Below the pieces are notes generated by a model. The model saw nothing but the letters and a program-made list of their open reading frames with translations, did no database searches and was not told the DNA's origin. From an uncultured archaeon (GTDB lineage Archaea; Thermoproteota; Nitrososphaeria; JACIWG01): a DNA stretch of 64,000 nucleotides. Below, piece after piece: positions 9,261 through 19,425 of this stretch. The stretch lies in contig CALHLD010000004.1 in assembly GCA_938034445.1 (NCBI GenBank), positions 64,067 through 128,066 of the forward strand. Reading direction: 5' to 3'. The number at the start of each line of letters is the position of its first letter. Positions within the stretch are counted from its first letter, which is position 1. The position numbers were made by a program, and so were the translations under genes.

Positions 9261-9728
9261 ATGTTGTACGAAAATATTTGTTTGGAAGATAAAGATATAT
9301 CAAAAATATTTGAAGTTGTAGGAGGAAGATTAAGAACAAATTTTGTTCTAGCACTTAGAGATGGCCCATTAAGGCCTGTGCAATTAAGTCAGAAGCTGGA
9401 CACGCCTATATCAAACCTCTATAGAATATTTAATGATCTAAAGCAGGTTGGTTTAGTTGAATCATTTGAAAAAGAGGGGCTTGTTTACTGGAGCCTTACA
9501 GAGTTTGGGGAAAGATGGATTAACGCAAACATAGAAGCCATAACAGGAAGTTTACGAGAGGATGTAAAGGAAAGTTTTTGGAGAAAACATAGAATACCAT
9601 TGCTTGTATCGTTAACAATACTTTTGTTTTCAGGTGTTAGAGCTATACTTGCTTCGGAGCCTACTTGGTTCTTGGGTGGAATAATCCTTTCTGTACTCGT
9701 TTACCTTATCATAGAAAAGATTAAATGA
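9261..9728 (+). CDS. ArsR-like winged-HTH protein with two C-terminal TM helices
   Basis: LSQKLDTPISNLYRIFNDLKQVGLV..YWSLTEFG followed by two hydrophobic segments. Confidence 0.7.
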   Translation: MLYENICLEDKDISKIFEVVGGRLRTNFVLALRDGPLRPVQLSQKLDTPISNLYRIFNDLKQVGLVESFEKEGLVYWSLTEFGERWINANIEAITGSLREDVKESFWRKHRIPLLVSLTILLFSGVRAILASEPTWFLGGIILSVLVYLIIEKIK

Positions 9729-9735
9729 AATTAAT

Positions 9736-10692
9736 TTGTGGATTAGTATGATGAGTTTTTTGCAGTCTGAAGAATATGATATAATAGTTGTTGGAGCAGG
9801 TCCAGCTGGCCTAACTTCAGCCTTATATGCTGGAAGAAGTGGAAGAAGGTGTATTGTTCTAGAAAAGTTTTATGTTGGCGGCCAGCTTCCACTTATAGAT
9901 GTTATAGAAAATTATCCGGGGTTTAAGAGAATAAGTGGTTCCGAGCTTGCTCAAAGGTTTGAGGAACAGGTTAGAGAATATGGTGTTCCTATAAAGATTG
10001 AGGAGGTTCTGAAAATTGTGGATAAAGGTGAAAGGAAGATTGTTAGCACCACTAATGGCGATTATGTTGGTAAGGCTGTTATAATAGCTACCGGAACTAA
10101 GCCTAAGCAGCTAAATGTTCCGGGTGAAAAGGAATTTTATGGTAAAGGTGTGTCATATTGTGCACTTTGTGATGGCTACTTTTTTAAGAATAAGGTTGTT
10201 GCTGTTATCGGTGGTGGCGATTCTGCAGTTAAGGAAGCTGTTTATCTTTCGAATTTGGCTAAAAAGGTCTACATTATCCACAGAAGAGACACGTTTAGGG
10301 CTGAAAAGGAGATTCAGAAAAAAGCTTTTGCAACAGAAAACATTGAAATTTTGTGGTCTACCGTCTTAACTTCTATTAATGGAGATAATTTTGTGAAAAG
10401 TATAACCTTAAAAAGTATAAAAGATAATAGAGAATATTCTCTGCCAGTTGATGGTGTTTTCGTTTACATTGGTTTCACGCCTTCTACAGAAATATTTGGA
10501 GGATTAAAAAATGATAAAGGTTTCATAGTCGTTGATGAGAACATGATGACATCTATACCTGGAATTTTTGCAGCAGGAGACTGTATTGTGCAATGTAAGG
10601 AAAGGGCTTGGGGCCAGATTTCGGTGTGTGTTGGTGATGGCGCTAAAGCAGCGATAGCTGCGGACGAATACGTTTCTAAAATGTCCCCTTAA
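9736..10692 (+). CDS. trxB: Thioredoxin reductase
   Basis: GAGPAG, GVSYCALCDG, GGGDSA, FAAGD. Confidence 0.95.
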   Translation: MWISMMSFLQSEEYDIIVVGAGPAGLTSALYAGRSGRRCIVLEKFYVGGQLPLIDVIENYPGFKRISGSELAQRFEEQVREYGVPIKIEEVLKIVDKGERKIVSTTNGDYVGKAVIIATGTKPKQLNVPGEKEFYGKGVSYCALCDGYFFKNKVVAVIGGGDSAVKEAVYLSNLAKKVYIIHRRDTFRAEKEIQKKAFATENIEILWSTVLTSINGDNFVKSITLKSIKDNREYSLPVDGVFVYIGFTPSTEIFGGLKNDKGFIVVDENMMTSIPGIFAAGDCIVQCKERAWGQISVCVGDGAKAAIAADEYVSKMSP

Positions 10693-10715
10693 ATAAATTA
10701 TTATGGTTTTAAAGG

Positions 10716-11438
10716 GTGAGCTTGTTGACTGAACTACTTTATCAAAAAGATAGTTACATGAGAAAATTTGAAGCAAAAATTTTAGAAATTAAAGATAACA
10801 GCATACTTCTTGATAGGACTGTTTTCCACCCCTTATCAGGTGGGCTTGATTCTGACAAAGGTATTATAAGATATGGTTGCGTAGAATATAATGTTGCTCA
10901 AGCATATATTGAAGGTGAAGATAATGTTTGGCATGTTCTTGAAGTAAGGCCTGAAGTTTGTGTAGGCGAAGTTGTGGAAGGTGTAATCAACTGGGAAAGA
11001 AGATATAAGCTTATGAAGCTGCATACTGCCTCACATATACTTTCCTCAATTATGTTCAATAGATACGGTGCACTCATCACTGGCGGGCACATTGATGTTT
11101 TTCATGCAAAGGATGACTTTAACCTTGAATCTTCCGAAAGGTCTATATTTGAAGAAGTGGTTGAAGAAACAAATAAGGTTATTAGAAAATGTTTGGATGT
11201 TAAAATATATTTTCTTGACAGAGAAAAAGCTTTGAATATTCCAGGCATTGTTAAGCTTGCTCAAAGGATGCCTCCGAATGTTAAATTTTTAAGAATTGTT
11301 GAGATTCCTGGCATTGATATACAAGCTGATGGCGGCCCCCATGTGAAAAATACTTGTGAAATTGGTGAAATTGTTCTGGAAAGGGTTGAAAATAAGGGTA
11401 AAGGTCGCAAGAGAATCTACTATAAGTTAAAAGAATAA
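10716..11438 (+). CDS. alaX: Alanyl-tRNA editing protein AlaX (AlaX-M)
   Basis: LYQKDSY, DRTVFHP..GG, HTASH, DGGPHV. Confidence 0.9.
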   Translation: MSLLTELLYQKDSYMRKFEAKILEIKDNSILLDRTVFHPLSGGLDSDKGIIRYGCVEYNVAQAYIEGEDNVWHVLEVRPEVCVGEVVEGVINWERRYKLMKLHTASHILSSIMFNRYGALITGGHIDVFHAKDDFNLESSERSIFEEVVEETNKVIRKCLDVKIYFLDREKALNIPGIVKLAQRMPPNVKFLRIVEIPGIDIQADGGPHVKNTCEIGEIVLERVENKGKGRKRIYYKLKE

Positions 11439-11442
11439 ATTT

Positions 11443-12279
11443 ATGGGTAAACCAATTTTCCGTATGGGAAGGCCTATAGTTCTCCTTACTGATTTTGGCG
11501 AAGGAAGCATATTTGTTGGTGAAATGAAGGGTGTAATATTGAAAATTAATCCTAATGCTACAATTTTAGACCTTACAAATAATATTAGGCATCAAAACGT
11601 TTTTCAAGCAGCTTTTCTTTTAAAATATTCGTACAAATATTTTCCAAAAAACACAATCTTCCTGTGTGTTGTTGATCCTGAAGTTGGTTCTGGGAGGAAA
11701 CCTCTCGCTATAAAGAGTCGAAACTATTATTTTATTGGACCCGATAATGGTCTTCTTTATCCTGCAGCATTCTCGGATGGGATTAGACTAATAGTTTCTC
11801 TAAAAAATAAGAAATATTTTCTTGAAAGTGTGTCTTATACTTTTCATGGTAGGGACGTGTTTGCTCCTGTCGCAGCCTATATTTCGAAGGGTGTTTCAAT
11901 AAAAAATCTTGGTCCAACAGTTTCGTCTATTAAGGAACTGTCTTTTGAGGAGCCAAAATTTGACGTAGATGGTTATCTTGTTTGTAAGGTTATGTACATT
12001 GATAGTTTTGGAAATGTTATAACGAATTTGGAAGAGTATAAATTTCATAAACTAATTTTAGATTATAATCTTACAAAAACTTCTAGTTTATGCGTTTTTG
12101 TTAGCCAAAAGTTTTATGAGGTTAGAATGGTAAAATATTATTGTGAGGTTGGAGAAGGTTCTCCTTTGGCACTTTTTAACAGTTTTGGATTGCTTGAGCT
12201 TTCAATAAATAAGGGGGATGCTTCCGAATATTTTTCTTTAAGAGAGGGTGATGTTTTTAAAATCAAATTTTGTAAATAG
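11443..12279 (+). CDS. SAM hydroxide adenosyltransferase (DUF62, chlorinase/fluorinase family)
   Basis: LLTDFG, VVDPEVG, GPDNG, TFHGRDVFAP, DSFGN. Confidence 0.92.
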   Translation: MGKPIFRMGRPIVLLTDFGEGSIFVGEMKGVILKINPNATILDLTNNIRHQNVFQAAFLLKYSYKYFPKNTIFLCVVDPEVGSGRKPLAIKSRNYYFIGPDNGLLYPAAFSDGIRLIVSLKNKKYFLESVSYTFHGRDVFAPVAAYISKGVSIKNLGPTVSSIKELSFEEPKFDVDGYLVCKVMYIDSFGNVITNLEEYKFHKLILDYNLTKTSSLCVFVSQKFYEVRMVKYYCEVGEGSPLALFNSFGLLELSINKGDASEYFSLREGDVFKIKFCK

Positions 12280-12322
12280 AAAGGTTAATATCTTAAGTAG
12301 CTTTCCCTATTGTAGATATTAG

Positions 12323-12943
12323 TTGAACCATAACATCCAAGATGTTGTATGCATTGTTTTAGCTAATGAATTCACATACTTACCTTTACCTGATAGATTC
12401 TATTCCTCTAATGCAGAATCTTCTGTGCTAGAGTATATGCTTGACTCTATATGGACTGTATTTGACAAAATATTGGTTGTATCCTATATAGAACCCCCTC
12501 TAGAAATTGTTGAAAGAACAAATTCTGTTGGTGCAAGGATTATTATGGTAAAATCATCATCCCCTACTGAAGCGCTTAAATCTTCTATAGAGAATGTCTT
12601 TGCACCTATTACATTTGTTATAAGCGGTGATAGGCCTCTAATTAAACCGAATGTACTCTTCTCCATAGGATATGGTATAAAAAATTTTGACTGCCTGGTA
12701 CCTAAGTGGAATAATGGTCAATTTGATGTCTTTCTTGCAGCATACCGAACTGATAAGCTAAAAGATTTCCTATACTCCCAAAATGTTTCATTAAAGTTTG
12801 AGCAATTTCCTAACTTACTTGAAAATGCATCATTTATTTCTATAGAAGACGATCTTAAGTCTCTTGATCCTGAGCTTCACTCTTTCATCAGAATTGAGGA
12901 CGTAAATGATATAAAGAAGATAGTTAAAATAATCAAAGACTAA
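12323..12943 (+). CDS. MobA-like NTP transferase fold protein (degenerate)
   Basis: SGDRPLI, VPKWNNG, DPELHSF resemble archaeal MobA; N-terminal GGxSxR motif missing. Confidence 0.6.
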   Translation: MNHNIQDVVCIVLANEFTYLPLPDRFYSSNAESSVLEYMLDSIWTVFDKILVVSYIEPPLEIVERTNSVGARIIMVKSSSPTEALKSSIENVFAPITFVISGDRPLIKPNVLFSIGYGIKNFDCLVPKWNNGQFDVFLAAYRTDKLKDFLYSQNVSLKFEQFPNLLENASFISIEDDLKSLDPELHSFIRIEDVNDIKKIVKIIKD

Positions 12944-12945
12944 GA

Positions 12946-13503
12946 TTATAGCATTATTATTGTATCAAATTTTTTTAATAGCATCTGTACAAGAAGTTTT
13001 TCTTTTAATGTTAATCCTGAACCCTTGTCATCTGACAAGGTATTACCATAGTATGCGTTTGCTATGAAAGTTTTAGCCTTTCCCATTATATCAAAAATTT
13101 TGTTAACTTCTCCCGCATGTAGATATAATGTTAGATCATTTATGATGAGAATTTCAGTTGGGTTATTTAAGTATTCTTCCAAAAATTTTTCAACTATCTC
13201 CCTATTCCTTCTTGCTATTTCAAGTACTTCTGTTGAATTTTTTCCTTCAATTCTCGGCCCCCTTATTTTTTCACTAAAAAAGTATCTTACATTCTTAACA
13301 TTTTCTGTATAAGCTGACAGTCTTGCACCAATATCTTTTGTTGAAGGTGCCATATCAATTACTGTAATATATTTTGAAAATCCATGTAATATAAGTTCAT
13401 CAAGTAATTTTGCAGTAAGGCTTGTCTTGCCTTTTCCAACATCACCAATAATAAAAATTTTCTTATTAAGTATATTATCAACTTCTAAACCAGTATATTC
13501 CAT
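12946..13503 (-). CDS. Uncharacterised small P-loop NTPase, last gene of thiamine salvage operon
   Basis: Walker A GDVGKGKT, Walker B-like ILIIND. Confidence 0.7.
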   Translation of the reverse strand: MEYTGLEVDNILNKKIFIIGDVGKGKTSLTAKLLDELILHGFSKYITVIDMAPSTKDIGARLSAYTENVKNVRYFFSEKIRGPRIEGKNSTEVLEIARRNREIVEKFLEEYLNNPTEILIINDLTLYLHAGEVNKIFDIMGKAKTFIANAYYGNTLSDDKGSGLTLKEKLLVQMLLKKFDTIIML

Positions 13504-13506
13504 GCA

Positions 13507-14037
13507 CTACTGTTCTCCAAAAACAATTTTAAGGACTCCCATCCTATAAAGAGCTAATGATATAATTGCTCCCAAAATACATCCTATTAAAGAACTTATA
13601 AGCCAACCAGAATATAGCATAAGAATGCTCGCAAACACCAATTGCATGCTCTTTCCCGTAAATGGGTCAATAATGAACCATGATATTGTCCCTCCAACAA
13701 GCACGGTCCCAATCGGTTCCATAAGAGCTGACATCACAATAGCCTTCTCTTTAGCAACAGCCCTCCTCAACATAATATAAGATATTCCGACAACAAACCC
13801 TCCGGGTATACCTCCAGGATATGCGAAAAAGGATCCAGTACCCATCATTATCCTAATTGTTCCCACTATTAATGCTATAAAAACTGCCCAAAATGGTCCT
13901 AAAGTTATTCCAGCAAGAACGTTAATAAAATGTTGTCCTGGAAATGCTTTAGTTATACCCCATTGAAAATATAATGGTGAAATCACAATAGCTAACGCAG
14001 AATATACTGAAGCAAAGGCCATTTTCCTTCTATTCAT
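13507..14037 (-). CDS. thiW: ECF S-component ThiW (thiazole precursor transporter)
   Basis: AFPGQHFINVLAG, GTGSFFAYPGG, EPIGT. Confidence 0.9.
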   Translation of the reverse strand: MNRRKMAFASVYSALAIVISPLYFQWGITKAFPGQHFINVLAGITLGPFWAVFIALIVGTIRIMMGTGSFFAYPGGIPGGFVVGISYIMLRRAVAKEKAIVMSALMEPIGTVLVGGTISWFIIDPFTGKSMQLVFASILMLYSGWLISSLIGCILGAIISLALYRMGVLKIVFGEQ

Positions 14038-15406
14038 TATCTGACACCCTCGAATATTCTTTTGCTATAGAAATCACCTTTTCTACAACCTCAATCGCAT
14101 CTCTGCCTAAAACTCTTATCATAGGCTCCTTGCCAACATCACCGGTATCATATATTATATCTGGCACCTTACCATGTCTTAAAATCGCCTCTCTAACCCC
14201 CCATGGTAGGCTTCCCCCCTCAACCTTCTTAACTTCTTCAGGCTCACCTTTTCTATCAAAGTGCGAAATCTGTAGTCCAAGTTTTCTGCATATTTCAACA
14301 ATTTTTGGCGAATATCTTATGTTCATACATGCTCTATATTGTGGATCATGTTTTATTACTGCAAGAACAATCCTTGCCACATGAGATGAGGCACCAAATT
14401 CAGGTTTTCCAACAGCTTTAACATGATCCTTAACTTTCACTATCCTACCCGCAATTCCTGCAACATCAAAGACACTTTTTGCATACTCATATGATAGACT
14501 TTCCACAAGATTACTCTGTACTTCTGGAATAAGATGTACTACCTCAGTACTCTTTTCAAGTTTTTCTACTGCATTCGAAAGTCTTTCTAATATCTGCAAT
14601 TTTTCAGAATCAATGTAAAGTTTTGCTAGAGGATTTATTGGTCCATGTCCTCTGCCCACATTTATTCCAAACTCTACAGCATACCTAATGTACTCTTTAG
14701 CCCTCTTAACTGCCTCAACCAAATCTAGTCCTTTGGCTAAGCATGCTGTTATAGCGGCTGAAAACCCACACCCTGTCCCATGTGTGGTCTTAGTCTCAAA
14801 CCTTTCACCTTCCATTTCAAAAAATTTCCCATTATAATATAATATGTCGACAGCCTTTTCCTTTAATCCAGCATGTCCCCCCTTTACAACCACAGCCTCA
14901 CATCCTAATGAAGCAATCTTTTTTGCAGCATTTCTCATGTCTTCTAATGTGCTAACTTGAATTCCGGATAAAACTTCTGCTTCCATAGCGTTTGGTGTAA
15001 CAACTTTGGCTACAGGTATAAGGTGCCTTATTAGAGCTTCCTCTGCCTCTTTTTTAAGTAGCCTTGCACCACTTTTTGCAACCATCACCGGATCTACAAC
15101 AAGAGGGAAACCATATTTGTTAACTTTTTTTGACACCAACTCAATTACTTCTGAACGGTGAAGCATTCCTGTTTTTGCGGCGTCAACACCAATGTCCTCT
15201 ACAACCACATCAATCTGTTTTTCAATAATATCTAAATCGATGTCACTTATTCCAAAAACTCCGACTGTATTTTGTGCTGTAATCGCTGTTATAGCGACTG
15301 TCCCATGTACGTTAAATGCTGCAAAAGTTTTTAAATCAGCTTCTATTCCTGCCCCACCACCCGAATCGCTTCCAGCAATGCTCATAGCAACATAAGTCCT
15401 TTTCAT
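14030..15406 (-). CDS. thiDN: Bifunctional HMP/HMP-P kinase and thiamine-phosphate synthase ThiDN
   Basis: [19 protein letters not shown]; ThiN domain [22 protein letters not shown]. Confidence 0.95.
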   Translation of the reverse strand: MKRTYVAMSIAGSDSGGGAGIEADLKTFAAFNVHGTVAITAITAQNTVGVFGISDIDLDIIEKQIDVVVEDIGVDAAKTGMLHRSEVIELVSKKVNKYGFPLVVDPVMVAKSGARLLKKEAEEALIRHLIPVAKVVTPNAMEAEVLSGIQVSTLEDMRNAAKKIASLGCEAVVVKGGHAGLKEKAVDILYYNGKFFEMEGERFETKTTHGTGCGFSAAITACLAKGLDLVEAVKRAKEYIRYAVEFGINVGRGHGPINPLAKLYIDSEKLQILERLSNAVEKLEKSTEVVHLIPEVQSNLVESLSYEYAKSVFDVAGIAGRIVKVKDHVKAVGKPEFGASSHVARIVLAVIKHDPQYRACMNIRYSPKIVEICRKLGLQISHFDRKGEPEEVKKVEGGSLPWGVREAILRHGKVPDIIYDTGDVGKEPMIRVLGRDAIEVVEKVISIAKEYSRVSDNE

Positions 15407-16680
15407 TACATCCTCACCTTCCTAGCAAGGGTATATATTGTAAACGCTATAACAAGTGATGGTATAGTTCCACCTAACCCTATAATGTAAGAAAAATACC
15501 AATATGATATGAAGCCAATAATCCATGAGAAGATTGCTATAAAATTGATTCTATGACTTGAAGAAAAAAAGGAATTTATATTATATTTTCCACGATTTAT
15601 TATAAAATAGTCTGAGAAGACAATACCGAAAACTGGTATGAACGACGCTCCAATAAGTAGAAGAAACCATTCATATGCCATTATTGGAATAGATAATGCT
15701 ATAGATGTTGAAATAACTGTTATGAGAAGGCCAATAAACCACTGTTTCTGTCTAGAAAATATATTCTGGATCGAAACCGCCGCGGAATATATGTCTGCAA
15801 AAGCATTGTCTGTCTCATCTACAAGTAGCGCTAAAAGTGCTATGTTTCCAAGTAACATTAGTGCAATAGAATAGATTATTGTCTCTGTACCACCAATAAT
15901 AGCAAGAACTGAACCCAGTGCATAGAACCATACGTTAGCAAAGGTGTATCCTAAGAATGTTCCAATGAACCCTCCTCGTTTAGTTGATGCAAATCTTGTA
16001 TAATCTGAAACGAGAGGCATCCATGAAATTGGCATGGCCACAACAATATCAAAAGCTATTAGAAGTGTATTTGCTTCAACATATCCTATATTTAGGTTGA
16101 TTTGTTGTTGCAATGCCAAATAAGTTATCCAACATGTAGTAGCAAGACTTATCCACAATGCAACCTTTTCAAGCCATTGTCTTATTACGATAAGAGGTCC
16201 AAGTACCATCATAAGATAGCATATTATCGCAAAAAATATTGTCCAAAAGACTTTTGTTAAATCTCCAAAAAGTTGGCCAGAAATAGTTTGTGCTGCTTCA
16301 CTCATTATTATTAGCTCAAACGCTGTCCATCCGACTAACTGGATAACATTTAATATTGTAGGTATATAGGATCCCTCCTTACCAAATATTGGTCTTAAAC
16401 TGACCATTGTTGGAATTCCATAGGACGTTCCAATTAAGCCATTTAAAGCCAGAATTAGGCTTCCAGCAGCAGAGCCCAATACAGTTATAATTATAGCATA
16501 TGATAAGGGTAGCATAAGACTTTGTGTCAAAAGCGCTCCTGCTTGAAGTACAAGCAATCCTATGGAGAGGCTTGTCCAGAAGACAAAAATATCTACAGCC
16601 CTTAACTTCCTCATATGTTCTGGAACGGGTTCGATTCCCCATTCTGGAGGTGGTCTTATGAATCCCATTTTCGACATCAT
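15406..16680 (-). CDS. cytX: Purine-cytosine permease (NCS1) family, putative HMP transporter
   Basis: EWGIEPVP, SWMPLVSDYTRF, DETDNAFADIYS; context with thiDN; start at ATG 16680. Confidence 0.85.
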   Translation of the reverse strand: MMSKMGFIRPPPEWGIEPVPEHMRKLRAVDIFVFWTSLSIGLLVLQAGALLTQSLMLPLSYAIIITVLGSAAGSLILALNGLIGTSYGIPTMVSLRPIFGKEGSYIPTILNVIQLVGWTAFELIIMSEAAQTISGQLFGDLTKVFWTIFFAIICYLMMVLGPLIVIRQWLEKVALWISLATTCWITYLALQQQINLNIGYVEANTLLIAFDIVVAMPISWMPLVSDYTRFASTKRGGFIGTFLGYTFANVWFYALGSVLAIIGGTETIIYSIALMLLGNIALLALLVDETDNAFADIYSAAVSIQNIFSRQKQWFIGLLITVISTSIALSIPIMAYEWFLLLIGASFIPVFGIVFSDYFIINRGKYNINSFFSSSHRINFIAIFSWIIGFISYWYFSYIIGLGGTIPSLVIAFTIYTLARKVRM

Positions 16681-16696
16681 TGTTGCTACAAATAAT

Positions 16697-16728
16697 TTTA
16701 TAAATATATTTATAAACGGTTTATAAAT
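16697..16728. promoter_or_regulatory. Overlapping palindromes / TATA region of the thiamine operon (candidate operator)
   Basis: TTTATAAATATATTTATAAA (16697-16716) and ATTTATAAAC-G-GTTTATAAAT (16708-16728). Confidence 0.5.
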
Positions 16729-16764
16729 GGGTTGTAAAAAGGTTATAATAGTGTTCACATCATT

Positions 16765-17730
16765 GTGTGTTGCATGAAAAAAGTCGGGATAGCATACGGT
16801 GATGCACTATTAGGATATTCGTTTGGGATAGACCATCCAATGAACTTTTATAGAATAAAGCATTTTTACAAGATGTTTGAAAAAACTTTCATAGAAGGCT
16901 CAAGATTAGATGAAATACTTTTGATACAACCTGTAATAGCTGATGAAAATGTAATACGCTTATTTCATACTAAAGAATATGTTGATTTCGTTAAAAAGGC
17001 CTCGATAAGTGGCTACGGTTACCTCGATTACGGTGATACTCCTGCCTTTAAGGGTGTATTTGAAGCGTCATCTTATGTTGTCGGTACAACCATAGAATGT
17101 GCTGAACAGATTATAGAGGGCAATGTTAGGTTCGCCTTTAACCCAATGGGAGGCCTTCATCATGCGAGAAGAGATTCCGCTGCAGGCTTTTGCGTGTTTA
17201 ATGATATAGGTGTTTTAATAGAATATCTAAGAAAAAAATATGGTATAAATCGTTTCTTATATGTTGATATTGACGCCCATCATGGTGATGGCGTTTTCTA
17301 CGAATTCTATAATGATAAGGATGTGCTGATAGTTGACGTTCATGAAAATCCGCGAACCCTTTATCCTGGTACAGGATATGAGGAAGAGGTAGGCGAAGGC
17401 GAAGCAGTCGGCACTAAAATGAATATTGTGTTGGCTGCTGGATCAGATGATACAGTTTTCTATAAAAAGTTTGATAAAATAAAAGATTTTATTGTGAACT
17501 CAAGTCCAGATTTTATAATATTCCAGAGTGGAGGTGACGCGCTTAAAGGTGACCCTATAACACATTTGAAATTGACACCAAAGGTGCATTATGATGTCGC
17601 CTTATTTCTTAAAGAATATGCTAAGAAAGTTGGCTGTCTGGGCCCTCTTGCATTAGGCGGTGGAGGCTACAACAATATTTCTACCTCACAAGGCTGGATT
17701 AATGTTATAAATGCTTTCTTGCAGGATTAG
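16765..17730 (+). CDS. Histone deacetylase / AcuC family deacetylase
   Basis: GGLHHA, GFCVFND, DAHHGDG, GDP, GGGGY. Confidence 0.92.
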   Translation: MCCMKKVGIAYGDALLGYSFGIDHPMNFYRIKHFYKMFEKTFIEGSRLDEILLIQPVIADENVIRLFHTKEYVDFVKKASISGYGYLDYGDTPAFKGVFEASSYVVGTTIECAEQIIEGNVRFAFNPMGGLHHARRDSAAGFCVFNDIGVLIEYLRKKYGINRFLYVDIDAHHGDGVFYEFYNDKDVLIVDVHENPRTLYPGTGYEEEVGEGEAVGTKMNIVLAAGSDDTVFYKKFDKIKDFIVNSSPDFIIFQSGGDALKGDPITHLKLTPKVHYDVALFLKEYAKKVGCLGPLALGGGGYNNISTSQGWINVINAFLQD

Positions 17731-17733
17731 TGG

Positions 17734-19335
17734 CTACATTACCGGTGAAATTGAAGTAAGAATTGCTGAATACATCATCGCAGTTGCTATAACCTGCTCT
17801 GTTATAGAACCTGTTTTTGTGAAAATGGTTGAGGCTATAATATCTAAACCGATTTGAAGTATTGCGAACATGTAAACTACTATAAGTAAGTATCCTACCA
17901 TTCCACCTGAATATCCTAATAATATAAAAAATATTGAAATCGAAGAATAAAAAGCAACGAGTCCTAAAATTCTTAAAATTATGGGTGTAAAGAATTTAAG
18001 CCACTTTTTGCTCATTAAAGCATTTACTAGAACTCTGAAAAAGAGTTCATTAAAGAATGTATAAGGCAATATTATAAAAATTGATGATAGAAAGTAAGGG
18101 TATCTGTGAAATGATAACTGTATGTTTAGAAAGTTTTTGAACATAAATATGTATGTTAAATATGTTAATGTAAAAAAAGATAATGATATTATAATCCTTT
18201 TAATTAAATTGTCTGTTTTACAATACTCTTTTAAAATCAATTTTACCGATATTTTTGAATCTTTTTTATAAATAATAAGTATTAAAAATATGGTTATAAT
18301 TTGTGTGTAAAAGAATGCTATAATAAAATCTGAAATAAATAGTGGTAATATTATTGAAAGTGGTGTTTGTAAAAGTAATGCTATTGGGGCAGTTAAAAAT
18401 GTTAATATAACGTATGCTATTATTGGTTTTCTGCTTAAGTTTTTAAACAAATTTTCACCTTTAAACAATTTAGATGGAACAAGTTTAATCGCTAAAATTA
18501 GGGCAGAAAATGTTAGAATAGAGGTTGATATATAGCATATTAATCTTTGAATAGTCGATACTCTTACGATTTTTAAATTATAGAATTCTGTTACCCAAAC
18601 AACAACCTTATTTACGCTTTCTTCAGCGTAAAGGATTGTTAAATGGTCATTTAATTCACTTACATAAAATTCTTTTGCACTATTTTCTTCAAAGCTACCA
18701 TACATTTTACCAAAAGTAATATTCTTTAACCCTGTCACATTCTCGAATGCCATTAGACATCTTCTTATGTCAACTATTTCATCATTTTTTCCATTTAAGA
18801 CTAGAAGGTTTACCTTAATTTTATCATCAAGGATTTGAGCTGTAGGGCTTGAACCTAAAAGTATAATGCACTTTATTCTCGTATCATTTTTTGCTATCAT
18901 CTGTGCGTAGCCGCCACCCATACTATGTCCAATTATCGCTATCGAATCTGTTTTCGCACCAAACTCTTTTGCCTTATCAACAGCGAGTAAGAAATCCTTG
19001 TACGCTTTTTGAACGTTTTCATAAAGGCCTCCTATACTTTTACCATGTCCTGGAATATCGTAGACTATAGTCATGACACCATTTTCAGCTAAAGCTGAAG
19101 CCATCATATCCATCATTTCTGAGCTTCCGCCGAATCCGTGTAACAGTATTGCTAGATGTGCTTCTCCCATATTTTTCGGTATGTATATTTTGTAATGTAT
19201 TCTTCCATTATCTAAACTTCCTTCATGGACATCGAATCTTTCATTTATTTTATGACTGTAGATGTTTAAAAAAACTAATATTATTAGGATTATAGTTAAT
19301 AAAATTACATCGCTTTGCCTAAATGTTTTCTGCAC
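17734..19335 (-). CDS. Membrane-anchored alpha/beta hydrolase with C-terminal multi-TM domain
   Basis: HGFGG, GHSMGG nucleophile, NDE, DH; hydrophobic C-terminal half. Confidence 0.8.
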   Translation of the reverse strand: MQKTFRQSDVILLTIILIILVFLNIYSHKINERFDVHEGSLDNGRIHYKIYIPKNMGEAHLAILLHGFGGSSEMMDMMASALAENGVMTIVYDIPGHGKSIGGLYENVQKAYKDFLLAVDKAKEFGAKTDSIAIIGHSMGGGYAQMIAKNDTRIKCIILLGSSPTAQILDDKIKVNLLVLNGKNDEIVDIRRCLMAFENVTGLKNITFGKMYGSFEENSAKEFYVSELNDHLTILYAEESVNKVVVWVTEFYNLKIVRVSTIQRLICYISTSILTFSALILAIKLVPSKLFKGENLFKNLSRKPIIAYVILTFLTAPIALLLQTPLSIILPLFISDFIIAFFYTQIITIFLILIIYKKDSKISVKLILKEYCKTDNLIKRIIISLSFFTLTYLTYIFMFKNFLNIQLSFHRYPYFLSSIFIILPYTFFNELFFRVLVNALMSKKWLKFFTPIILRILGLVAFYSSISIFFILLGYSGGMVGYLLIVVYMFAILQIGLDIIASTIFTKTGSITEQVIATAMMYSAILTSISPVM

Positions 19336-19425
19336 AAAATGATTTCGTTTAATTTATATTTATATATTTATAATTTACAGAAAACCTTATAGTTAGGATA
19401 AAATTTATTTTTTACCAAAATAATA

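Noticed and set aside
16680-16775. TPP riboswitch for the thi operon
   Set aside because: No CUGAGA/AGGGA core; the leader is too short and AT-rich.
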